64,000 nt of DNA from Actinomycetota bacterium (GTDB lineage Bacteria; Actinomycetota; Geothermincolia; Fen-727; Anoxymicrobiaceae): positions 33,700 through 97,699 of the forward strand of contig JAHJCO010000041.1 in the NCBI GenBank assembly GCA_018831265.1. Reading direction: 5' to 3'. Below, one piece after another: positions 10,079 through 18,557 of this stretch. Each line of letters opens with the position of its first letter. Position 1 is the first letter of the stretch. The position numbers and the translations under genes are program-made. The notes beneath the pieces are model-generated. The model made no database searches and was not told the origin of the DNA. It was given only the letters and a program-made list of their open reading frames with translations.

Positions 10079-11287
10079 GTGGCAAGGGCCAGGAACGCGA
10101 TAGGGAACACGCTCGTACTTATCGGCGTCGCGATGCTCATCTTCGCGGTGCTCTGGTGGGGCGTGGCAGTAAAACGAATCGTCGTCTTCCCGAGGGGATA
10201 CGATCTCTCGTTCCGCGCCGAAGCCACCGTAACCCGCCTCGCCGAGAAGCACGGCCTGCTCGAGACAACTCCCGCTCAGACGGGTCGGGTCGCACTCGAC
10301 CGCAACCTCTCGTCGATGGACGGCGACTACCACGGCGACATAGCGGTGGTGGAGGAGGTCATCGAGGCCGACGGGCAGGCTCCCTTCGGGCTGAACCTCG
10401 ACGAGCGCAACATCTACGTGATGGACCGGCGCAGTTGCGAGAACATGAGCAGCACCCTTTCGACATCATCCGGCGAGGTGGTTGACCGGTCAGGCTCCTG
10501 GTACGTGAACTTCCCGTTCGGCGCGGGCAGGGACAGCCGCAACCTGTTCGACAACGACGTCGCCTCCGCGTTCGCGGTCAGCTTCGAGAAGAAGGACGTG
10601 ATCAACGGCGTCGGCGTGTATCTCTTCAAGGGTTCTCACGGCCATCGGCCCATGGTGGATCACGAGGTCAGGGCCATCGGTCTTCCCACGGAGACGACGT
10701 TCGGGGAGATCAAGGGAGAGCTCGCGGCCGCCGGCATACCTATCGACACTCTGGTGCGGTCCGCCTCCAGCAACCTGACCTCGGAGGAGCGGCAGACCTT
10801 CGCGCAGTTCCCCGACTCGCGGCCCATCGCGCTCGAGTACAGCATCAAGCTGGAGTGGGCAGGGGCCGTAGAGCCGGTGACGGGGACGATCGTGAAGATC
10901 GGGCGCTGCCGGAGATCCGTGTACGTGAACACGGAGGTAAGGGCGTTCCTGCCGCTCTTCGAGATACTGGCGAGGCACGCAGAGGACCCCCAGGTCCTGC
11001 AGTACCTGAGCCAGGTCGAACAGCAGAAGCTGCTGGAGCCCAAGGAGCTGTACCGCATCGATTACGGATGGACGGACGCTCAGGCCGCCCAGGCGACCGA
11101 GTACGCGGGTAGCCGTATCGGCCCGATGCGTTTCGTGCAGGACTACATGGTAACCATGTTCCTGCTGCTCGGTGCGGGGTTCTTCCTCGGCGGCTTCATT
11201 GTCCGCAGGAAGGAGCACATGAGGACCGCGCACGACGCGGCGGGCCCGGACGAAGGGAAAGGCGCTGAGGAAGAAAAAGGGCCCTGA
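10079..11287 (+). CDS. DUF3068/PorA-like membrane-anchored protein
   Basis: N- and C-terminal TM helices, Y.MDRR..EN, FPFG, GV.VY.F and VEPVTGTIV motifs. Confidence 0.7.
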   Translation: MARARNAIGNTLVLIGVAMLIFAVLWWGVAVKRIVVFPRGYDLSFRAEATVTRLAEKHGLLETTPAQTGRVALDRNLSSMDGDYHGDIAVVEEVIEADGQAPFGLNLDERNIYVMDRRSCENMSSTLSTSSGEVVDRSGSWYVNFPFGAGRDSRNLFDNDVASAFAVSFEKKDVINGVGVYLFKGSHGHRPMVDHEVRAIGLPTETTFGEIKGELAAAGIPIDTLVRSASSNLTSEERQTFAQFPDSRPIALEYSIKLEWAGAVEPVTGTIVKIGRCRRSVYVNTEVRAFLPLFEILARHAEDPQVLQYLSQVEQQKLLEPKELYRIDYGWTDAQAAQATEYAGSRIGPMRFVQDYMVTMFLLLGAGFFLGGFIVRRKEHMRTAHDAAGPDEGKGAEEEKGP

Positions 11288-11345
11288 TCTGCGGACAAGG
11301 GCGCTGAGCTGGATAGGGAGCACCGCGACCAGGCGCTGGTACCTG

Positions 11346-13625
11346 GTGCTGCTGCTGGTCGCCGCCTCTCTGGTGCCATGCTTCTTCGCGATCCGGACGC
11401 TTCAGGTGAGCACGCGCTACGTCGACCTCCTCCCCCAGGAGCATGCGGCGGTCAAGAACTACTTCAAGGCGTTCGAGAAGTTCGGCGGCACCGACTACAT
11501 GATCGTGCTCATCGAGGCGAATGACGCCGGGCAGGCCCGCGGGCTGGCCGACGAGATGGCCTTCGAGATGGACGAGACCGGCCGGTTCAAGTACATCCAG
11601 TACAAGGCGGACGTGACCCGGTTCCAGCGATACGGGCTCCTGTTCCTGGACAAGGACACGCTGAACGAGCTGGACCGGCTGCTGGCCGAGAGGAACATCG
11701 ACGAGCTCGCGAAGATGGCGCAGTCGTTCCTGGCGCTGCGCGAGGAGCTCTCGCAGGCGTTCGGCGGCGGTATAACAATAGATGACCAGGGGTACTTCAC
11801 CAGCGACGACGGCAAATCGGTGCTGCTGGTGGCCCGGCCGTCCTTCAACGCGGACGACAGCGCGAAGGCCGGTCCCCTGGGCAGGGAGATGGGCGAGCTC
11901 GCCGGCGACATGGAGAAGCAGAACCCGGGCGTCAAGGTGTGGCAGGCGGGCAACTACGCGCTGCAGTACGAGCAGAGGAACGTGGTCAACCGCGACATCC
12001 TGGTGGTGGGGCTGATAGCCCTCCTGGCGATCGTGGTGGTGCTGGCCGTCGCCTTCAGGGGTCTGACCGAGCCGCTGCTGGCCATCGCTTCGCTGGGTGT
12101 GGGCGTGATGTGGACGCTGGCCTTCGCGCGGATGACGGTGAAGTCCCTGAACACGGTGTCGTCGGTCTTCGCCGCCGTGCTGATGGGCATCGGCATGGAG
12201 TACGGCATAGCGCTCCTGGCACGTTACCGGGAGGAGAGGGACCGGGGCAGCGACGGCCGGCAGGCGTTCGTGTCCGCGCTGTCAAACACCGGGAAGGGGA
12301 TAATCACCGGCGCGCTTACCACCGCCGGCGCCTTCTACGCCATAGTCTTCTCCGAGTTCAAGGCCATGCACGACATGGGACTGGTCCTGGGCACGGGCGT
12401 GCTGTGCACTCTGCTCGCCACCTTCTTCGTCCTGCCCGCCCTGATGACCATGAAGGAGAAGCTGATCCCCTACAAGCCCAGGGAAGGCGAGAGCTCCAGC
12501 AGGCTGATGCGCCGGGAGGGCTCGTTCGTCGCCGGGCGCCCGTGGTGGATCATCGTGGTGGGGCTGGTGATAACCATCGGCCTGGGGACCAGCGCGGGCT
12601 TCATCAAGTACGAGAGCAACATCCGCAAGGTGGAGCCGCGGGGGATGGAGGTGACAGAAGCCGAGGAGAAGCTGGCTTCCGAGTTCGGCATGGGCTCGGA
12701 CTTCGTGATCGTGCTGTCGAACAACGAACCGGCCATGCGAGAGGTGACCGATAAGCTGGCGGAGCTGCCCAGCGTGCGGGCGGTCGAGTCCCTGGCGACC
12801 ATCATCCCGTCGGAACAGCTCGGCAAGCTGGTGCTGATGTCGCGCATAAGGACCAAGATCCAGAGCATCAACCCGGACTGGCTGTCCTACGTGCCGCCGG
12901 AGATGCTCGTCGTGCTGGACGACATAGGCTCGGACACCCTCACCGTGGACAAGCTGCCCTCGGACGTGCTGCAGAAGTACGTCTCCACCGACGGGACGTA
13001 CGCGACCTACGTCTATCCCAGGAAGAGCATGTCCGAGGAGAAGAACGTCAACGAGTTCCTCGACCAGGTGCGGCAGGTGTCCACGGACGTGATCGGCTTC
13101 CCGGTGATAGTGCAGGACCTGCTGGAGTCGACCCGCAAGGGCCTGAGCGATACCACCCTGCTCTCGGCGGTGGTGGTCATGCTGATGGTGGTGATCGACT
13201 TCCAGGCGGTGCTACCCTCGCTGCTGGCGCTGCTCCCGCTGGCCTTCGCCATGGTCTGGATGATCGGGGCGTTCAACCTTCTTGGGATGAAGTTCAACAT
13301 AGTCAACATCGCCGTCACGCCCATGATACTGGGCATCGGGGTGGACTTCGGCGTCTACGTGCTGCACCGCTACGAGGAGGAGCACCTCCTGGAGGGCGAG
13401 ACCATCCCCTCCGTGCTCGCACATACCGGCAAGGCCATACTGGTCTCGGGCCTGACCGTGGTGGCGGCGTTCGCCGCTCTGTTGCTGGCGCGCTACCGGG
13501 GGCTGGCCTCCCTGGGTCTGGCGGCGGCGCTCGGCATCGGCTCGGCGGTGATAATCTCGGTGACGCTGCTGCCGGCCATCCTGCGGGTCCTTGAGAAGAA
13601 GCGCAAGAGCGGCCGCGCCTTCTGA
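11346..13625 (+). CDS. MMPL/RND-family lipid transporter
   Basis: Two repeats of 1+5 TM helices, with GIGMEY and GIGVDFGVY motifs. The true start may be upstream (see findings). Confidence 0.9.
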   Translation: MLLLVAASLVPCFFAIRTLQVSTRYVDLLPQEHAAVKNYFKAFEKFGGTDYMIVLIEANDAGQARGLADEMAFEMDETGRFKYIQYKADVTRFQRYGLLFLDKDTLNELDRLLAERNIDELAKMAQSFLALREELSQAFGGGITIDDQGYFTSDDGKSVLLVARPSFNADDSAKAGPLGREMGELAGDMEKQNPGVKVWQAGNYALQYEQRNVVNRDILVVGLIALLAIVVVLAVAFRGLTEPLLAIASLGVGVMWTLAFARMTVKSLNTVSSVFAAVLMGIGMEYGIALLARYREERDRGSDGRQAFVSALSNTGKGIITGALTTAGAFYAIVFSEFKAMHDMGLVLGTGVLCTLLATFFVLPALMTMKEKLIPYKPREGESSSRLMRREGSFVAGRPWWIIVVGLVITIGLGTSAGFIKYESNIRKVEPRGMEVTEAEEKLASEFGMGSDFVIVLSNNEPAMREVTDKLAELPSVRAVESLATIIPSEQLGKLVLMSRIRTKIQSINPDWLSYVPPEMLVVLDDIGSDTLTVDKLPSDVLQKYVSTDGTYATYVYPRKSMSEEKNVNEFLDQVRQVSTDVIGFPVIVQDLLESTRKGLSDTTLLSAVVVMLMVVIDFQAVLPSLLALLPLAFAMVWMIGAFNLLGMKFNIVNIAVTPMILGIGVDFGVYVLHRYEEEHLLEGETIPSVLAHTGKAILVSGLTVVAAFAALLLARYRGLASLGLAAALGIGSAVIISVTLLPAILRVLEKKRKSGRAF

Positions 13626-13768
13626 AAGAAAACCTCAGACCATTTCTTTCATCCATGAAAGAAAACCTCAGACCATTTCTTTCATCCATGGCCTGAGACT
13701 GATCTTCTGTGAAACTTCTGGTCTGAGGTAATCTTTCAGTGAAACTTTTGGTCTGAGGTAATCTTTCA
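13623..13768. repeat. Cluster of four 29-bp palindromic elements (TGAAAGAAAACCTCAGACCATTTCTTTCA family)
   Basis: Copies at 13623-13651 and 13656-13684, and inverted variants at 13710-13738 and 13740-13768. Confidence 0.9.
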
Positions 13769-13771
13769 GTA

Positions 13772-14848
13772 TTAGGTCTTGCCCAGCTCCGGAGCGAGTT
13801 CGCCTGAGGGTTCCTCGGCGCGGCGTCGCAGCGGGAACATGGAAAGGCCGATGAGACCGGCCGCTATCGGCAGCCAGAAGGAGAAGAGGCGGTAGGCAAG
13901 GACCCCGGCTATGGCGACCTCCGGCCTGATGCCCATGGCCACGTACACCAGGACCAGGCTGCCCTCGACCAGGCCCAGCCCCCCGTGGGTCACCGGCACC
14001 ACCATCATCGCCATCCCGATCCCGTAGCCGAAGAGGAGGACCCAGAGGTTCACGCCGCGGGAGAACGCCAGGAAGCAGGCGGCCAGGCAGAGCATGTCGA
14101 ACGCCCAGTAACCGACCGATCCGGCCATGGCGCCGGAGAGGCGGCCCCGACCCCCCAGGAACGATCGCAGCTGCGCCCCCGACTCCACCACGGTCTCGTC
14201 CACCTTCTCGCTGAGCCTGATCCTGCCGCGGGATACCTTCAGCAGCCGTGGCCGCAACCACCGCAGGCTCGAAAGCAGGACGTCGGTCCTCACCAGCAGC
14301 CAGAAGCAGGCCGCGAACACACCGCTCAACAGGGCCGCCCCGGCGAGCGCCGCGGCAGCGTAGCCCGAAGACAGCAGGCCCGTGACCGTCGTCATCACCG
14401 CGCCTAAGCAGAAGAAGGCCGCCAGTACCGCGCCCGAGACCAGGTTGGCGACGACCACGTAGGCGACGCTGCGCTCGGGCGTGCAACCGTTGTTGGTCAA
14501 CCCCTTGTAGTAGAAGTAGAGCCCCCCGGCCCCGCCTCCCGGCGTCACGTTGCCTATGCCGTACGCCGTGACCTGCGTGTGCAGCGCTCGCGGGAAGGTG
14601 AAGCGCGGAGTGCCCGGCCTGCACAGCCGGTAGAAGAAGTACGAGTAGCCCAGGTAGCTCACCGCCTCCAGCCCGAAGGCGACGCCGATCAGCCGCAGGT
14701 CGGCCCCACGGATGACCCGCAGGGTCCTGGCAAGGCTGGACCGCTGGCTCAGCACCGTGTAGAGGGCGAACGCCACCAGTGCCACCACCAGAAGGTCCAG
14801 CAGCAGCTTGAAGTGCCGGCTCGCGCTTCCTTTCTGAGGGGAATCCAC
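13772..14848 (-). CDS. Lysylphosphatidylglycerol synthase TM-domain (flippase-like) protein
   Basis: GNVTPGGG.GG, PVT.GGLGLVEG and VLAYRLFSFWLP. GTG 14848 has a GGAGG RBS. Confidence 0.85.
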   Translation of the reverse strand: MDSPQKGSASRHFKLLLDLLVVALVAFALYTVLSQRSSLARTLRVIRGADLRLIGVAFGLEAVSYLGYSYFFYRLCRPGTPRFTFPRALHTQVTAYGIGNVTPGGGAGGLYFYYKGLTNNGCTPERSVAYVVVANLVSGAVLAAFFCLGAVMTTVTGLLSSGYAAAALAGAALLSGVFAACFWLLVRTDVLLSSLRWLRPRLLKVSRGRIRLSEKVDETVVESGAQLRSFLGGRGRLSGAMAGSVGYWAFDMLCLAACFLAFSRGVNLWVLLFGYGIGMAMMVVPVTHGGLGLVEGSLVLVYVAMGIRPEVAIAGVLAYRLFSFWLPIAAGLIGLSMFPLRRRAEEPSGELAPELGKT

Positions 14849-14951
14849 CGGTTGCCTCCAACCAGGAATCGAGGTAGGTCTATAGTACACTGAAGGTCAG
14901 TGGTATCCTACCGGCGGAGGCCCGCCGGACCGCCGAGAAACGGGAAAGGGA

Positions 14952-15485
14952 TTGCAGGAAACATCATCAGCCGAAGCCATACCGGCCAGGAAGCGCGTCG
15001 CGGACATGCTGACGGCCTCGCGGCTGGTGATCGCTCTCGCAGTGATCACGGTCGGGCTGCTGTTCGGTCGCGAGGCGGTCGGCATCGTTCTCATGCTGAT
15101 CCTCATCGGGTGGACCACCGACGTGGTGGACGGGCAGCTCGCCCGCAGCCTGGAGACCCCCGTGCAGAGCCGGATCGGCGACAACGACCTCGCCGTCGAC
15201 CTGGTCCTGGACCTGGCGGGTTACATCTACTTCATCGCATGCGGGTTCCTGGCGCCGGTCTGGTCGCTGGGATACCTGCTGGCGGCGTGCATAATCGTGA
15301 GCTTCGTGCGGACCCGACGTATCATCCTTATACTGGAGATGCCGCTGCTCATGATCACGCCGATAATCGCCTTCACCCAGCTCAACTGGGTAAGTATCAT
15401 CTACGTGGCCTGGCTCCTGGGGATCCTGGCCTACAACTGGAGCCGGATGATATCCATCATCGGCTTCATGTGGGGCAGGGACTAA
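14952..15485 (+). CDS. CDP-alcohol phosphatidyltransferase family protein
   Basis: LTASR…TDVVDGQLAR…G..D..VD signature; hydrophobic protein. Confidence 0.85.
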   Translation: MQETSSAEAIPARKRVADMLTASRLVIALAVITVGLLFGREAVGIVLMLILIGWTTDVVDGQLARSLETPVQSRIGDNDLAVDLVLDLAGYIYFIACGFLAPVWSLGYLLAACIIVSFVRTRRIILILEMPLLMITPIIAFTQLNWVSIIYVAWLLGILAYNWSRMISIIGFMWGRD

Positions 15486-15642
15486 AAGCCGGCTCGTTAG
15501 AGACTATTCCCCCTCTCCCCTCGGGGGAGAGGGTCGGGGTGACTATTCCTCCCTCCCCCTTGAGGGGGGAGGGCTGGGGTGGGGGTGATTCGCTGAAGCG
15601 AGTGACTTGAATCCCGCCTGACCCCGATTCGAGTCAGACTCC

Positions 15643-16815
15643 CTATAGCCTGATCGTGATATCGCCCAGCGGGTAGGACATGCAGGGATGGATGTAGCCG
15701 AAAGCCACGTCGGCCTTGCGCAGCACCACCGAGGCGGGCATGAACACCTCGCCGGAAACCAGTTGAGAGCGGCAGACCCCGCATTCCCCCGAGCGGCAGA
15801 GGTTCTCGACCGCGACACCGTTGCGCTCGAGCGAGTTGAGCAGCGGCTCCCCGCAAAGGGCCTCGAAGCTCGACCGCGTGCCCTCTATCCTGACGGTGGC
15901 CTTCTTCGAGGGCTTGATCTTCTTCGGCCAGCCTTCGACCAGGGTAATGTCAGGCGGCGGGCCGCTCGCCTCCTTCTTGACGCTCGCCGGGGAGACCCCG
16001 AGCCCCTCCAGCGCCCCGGTGCACAGCCCGTACATCGCGTGGGGCCCGCAGATGAAGAACGTCTTGCCCTCCGCCCCGTCCAGCAGGGACGAGAGCATCG
16101 GAGCGTCGAGGAAGCCGCGGCAGCCGCTGAACTCGTCCGGCGGCTCGCTGATTACCAGGTCCAGCCGGAAGCTCTCATGGGTACGGGCCATCGCGGCCAG
16201 CTCATCCTCGAAGATGACATCGTCGAGGGTGCGCGAGCCGTACACCAGGTGGACGCGCGGCCCGGCGTCCAGGTCGGCGAAAGAGCGGACCATGCTCATG
16301 AAGGGGGTCACGCCGCTGCCCCCGGCCAGGAACACCAGCTCACGTGAGTCGGTCATCGGCTCGTGGTAGAAGGAGCCCCCGGGGCCCGAGAGCTCGAAGA
16401 CGTCGCCCACGGCGGCTTCTTCGCAGAGGTACACCGAGACGAACCCTGACGGCATCTTACGAACCGTGATGTCCAGGTAGCTCCTGGTGGGAGGAGACGA
16501 GACACTGTAGGCGCGGCTGGTGCGCACCCCGCCCACCTCGCAGAGTAGGGCGAAGAACTGCCCCGCGCGAAACGGCGGGAACGGCTCGCCGACCGGCACC
16601 AGGCGGAGCGTCCTGGTGCTGGCCGTCTCCTCTATGATCTCCGCGACCCTGCCGGGCACGCGCCGGGGGTGCAGGCGCTCCACCAGCTCGTCGGGGAGCC
16701 CCGGCTCCACGTCCCTGACGTCGGCCAGCGAATCGGCCACCATCTGCTTGCCCAGCACGAGCCCGATGGAGGCCACGTCGTGAAGCCCGTCGGCCAGGTC
16801 CCTCAGCGCCATCAC
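15643..16815 (-). CDS. FAD/NAD-binding oxidoreductase with C-terminal [2Fe-2S] ferredoxin (PDR/PaaE-like)
   Basis: RAYSVSS, G.VS, AGGSGVTP, FICGP and CRSGECGVC…C. Confidence 0.9.
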   Translation of the reverse strand: MMALRDLADGLHDVASIGLVLGKQMVADSLADVRDVEPGLPDELVERLHPRRVPGRVAEIIEETASTRTLRLVPVGEPFPPFRAGQFFALLCEVGGVRTSRAYSVSSPPTRSYLDITVRKMPSGFVSVYLCEEAAVGDVFELSGPGGSFYHEPMTDSRELVFLAGGSGVTPFMSMVRSFADLDAGPRVHLVYGSRTLDDVIFEDELAAMARTHESFRLDLVISEPPDEFSGCRGFLDAPMLSSLLDGAEGKTFFICGPHAMYGLCTGALEGLGVSPASVKKEASGPPPDITLVEGWPKKIKPSKKATVRIEGTRSSFEALCGEPLLNSLERNGVAVENLCRSGECGVCRSQLVSGEVFMPASVVLRKADVAFGYIHPCMSYPLGDITIRL

Positions 16816-16830
16816 ACTCTCCTTATGAGT

Positions 16831-18369
16831 CTACCCGGTGGCAGGGAGCAGCTTCGCGAGCCCCCTGGTGCCCCGCAGGTCCTTCATAACCTCGCCGTAG
16901 GCGAAGAGCCCCGAGGTGATGCAGGTCTCCATGCCGCCGCCCATCCTCACCCACGCGTTCGCGAAGAAGAGCCGCTCCAGCGGGCCGCGGTTCGACAGGC
17001 GGAACGGCGGGCTGCCCGCCAGGTCGTAGTCGAACCCGAGGATGGAGCCTCCCGGGTTCCCACTGTAGCGCATGTTGGTGATGGGGGTGGAGACCTCCAC
17101 CACCGCGAGGTGGTCCTTCAAGCCCGGAAAGCGGCGGTCGGTCGCCTCGATCATCTCGCGGGCAATCCGGTCCTTGGTCTCGCGATAGCGGTCGGCGGGC
17201 AGGTGCGCCCACGGGGTGTAGTCGACCAGCGCGGTCAGCACCACCACCGAGGTGCCGGGTGGGGAGAACTCCGGGTCGGCGTGGTTGTAGTTGGTCACCG
17301 CCCAGTACGACGGCCGGTCCGTGGTGAACATCCTCAGGTACTGATCGTCGTAGTCGTACCCCTCGTTGATGAAGAACTCGTGCCCGTCGAGCCCCAGATC
17401 GGCGGCCGGGTGGTCGAGGCCCATGTACACGTTGAAGGTGGACACCGCGATGTGGCGACCCGCGAGGGCCTTGAGGTAATCGGCCGGCACCTTGTCCGGC
17501 CCGATGAGCGAGAAGCAGGTCGTGATGGGATTGGCGCTGCACACCACGAAGTCGGCCTTGTGCCTGCCGCCCTGCCCGGTCACCACCCCGGTGGCGCGAC
17601 CGTCGGCGACCTCGATGCTGACGACCCCGTCGCGAAGGTGCACCCGCCCACCGTTGTCCTCGATGGACTCGACGAACGCGTTGGAGAGCGCCTGGGTGGT
17701 CCCCTTGACGTGGTAGGGGCCGTGCTCGATATAGGAGGCGTTGGCGACGGCGAAGAGCAGCCAGGAGAGGCGCGAGGGCGGCAGTCCGTAGTACCCCCAG
17801 ATGTTGGTGAACAGCGCCTTCAGCCCGGGGTCCTTCATCTCGCGGTCGAGCGCCTGCGCTACTGTGATACCCATGGAGCGCACCAGGTCGCCGGCCTTGA
17901 AGGGGAGGGTCAGCGCGTCGGACGCCTTTGTGATCTTCGAGGCCTCGGCGGACGCGTCGTTTATCCTGCGCATGGCCTGCATTACCCTGCTTATCCCCTT
18001 GCGCTCCCGGGGGAACTGATCGCAGTATGCCTCCTCGGCCGCCTCCCAGCCGTGGGGCACCCTCACCGTGAAGTCGGGGAAGATGGAGGTGTAGAAGTCA
18101 TCTATCGGGAGGAACTCCACCCGGCGCGCGACGTCGCAACCCTCCAGCACGCGGTAGCACGAGCCGCGGTTGCCGGGTGGGCCGATGCCCGAGAGCTCGT
18201 GCAGCGAGGCCTCGAACTCGTACGGGCCCCGGACGAAGCTGCAGGCGTAGCCGCCCGGGTAGCTGTTGCGCTCGAAGACGTCCACCTCGAGGCCGGCCCT
18301 GGCGAGATAGGCCGCCGCCGAGAGCCCGCCGAGCCCCGCGCCTACCACGATCGCGCGCTTGTCTTTCAT
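16831..18369 (-). CDS. Phytoene desaturase/retinol-saturase-family FAD oxidoreductase
   Basis: IVVGAGLGGLSAA, E…PGG…SF.RG.YEFEASLH and TP.T..RY.GNP.G. ATG 18369 has an RBS. Confidence 0.88.
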   Translation of the reverse strand: MKDKRAIVVGAGLGGLSAAAYLARAGLEVDVFERNSYPGGYACSFVRGPYEFEASLHELSGIGPPGNRGSCYRVLEGCDVARRVEFLPIDDFYTSIFPDFTVRVPHGWEAAEEAYCDQFPRERKGISRVMQAMRRINDASAEASKITKASDALTLPFKAGDLVRSMGITVAQALDREMKDPGLKALFTNIWGYYGLPPSRLSWLLFAVANASYIEHGPYHVKGTTQALSNAFVESIEDNGGRVHLRDGVVSIEVADGRATGVVTGQGGRHKADFVVCSANPITTCFSLIGPDKVPADYLKALAGRHIAVSTFNVYMGLDHPAADLGLDGHEFFINEGYDYDDQYLRMFTTDRPSYWAVTNYNHADPEFSPPGTSVVVLTALVDYTPWAHLPADRYRETKDRIAREMIEATDRRFPGLKDHLAVVEVSTPITNMRYSGNPGGSILGFDYDLAGSPPFRLSNRGPLERLFFANAWVRMGGGMETCITSGLFAYGEVMKDLRGTRGLAKLLPATG

Positions 18370-18557
18370 GTCACTCCCCGCCCGAGCCGATAACAGATGA
18401 GTCGTGTGGCTATTCTCTTCCCACCCGGGGGACAACGCAAGGCCGCCGGCCCTTGTGCTACACAGGCAGCCATTAGCGTTAGAATGGTGCAAAAGGGTCA
18501 GGCACTTTTGCACGAGTCGAGGAACAGCCCCTGGAAGAAGACGGGAGGGTCCCTGCG

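Noticed and set aside
13623..13768. Possible CRISPR array
   Set aside because: Units are separated by 1-25 nt rather than by unique ~30-40 nt spacers, orientation flips midway, single copies are dispersed elsewhere, and no cas genes are present.
16831..18369. Carotenoid biosynthesis cluster
   Set aside because: No phytoene synthase or prenyltransferase is present; the family includes many non-carotenoid enzymes.
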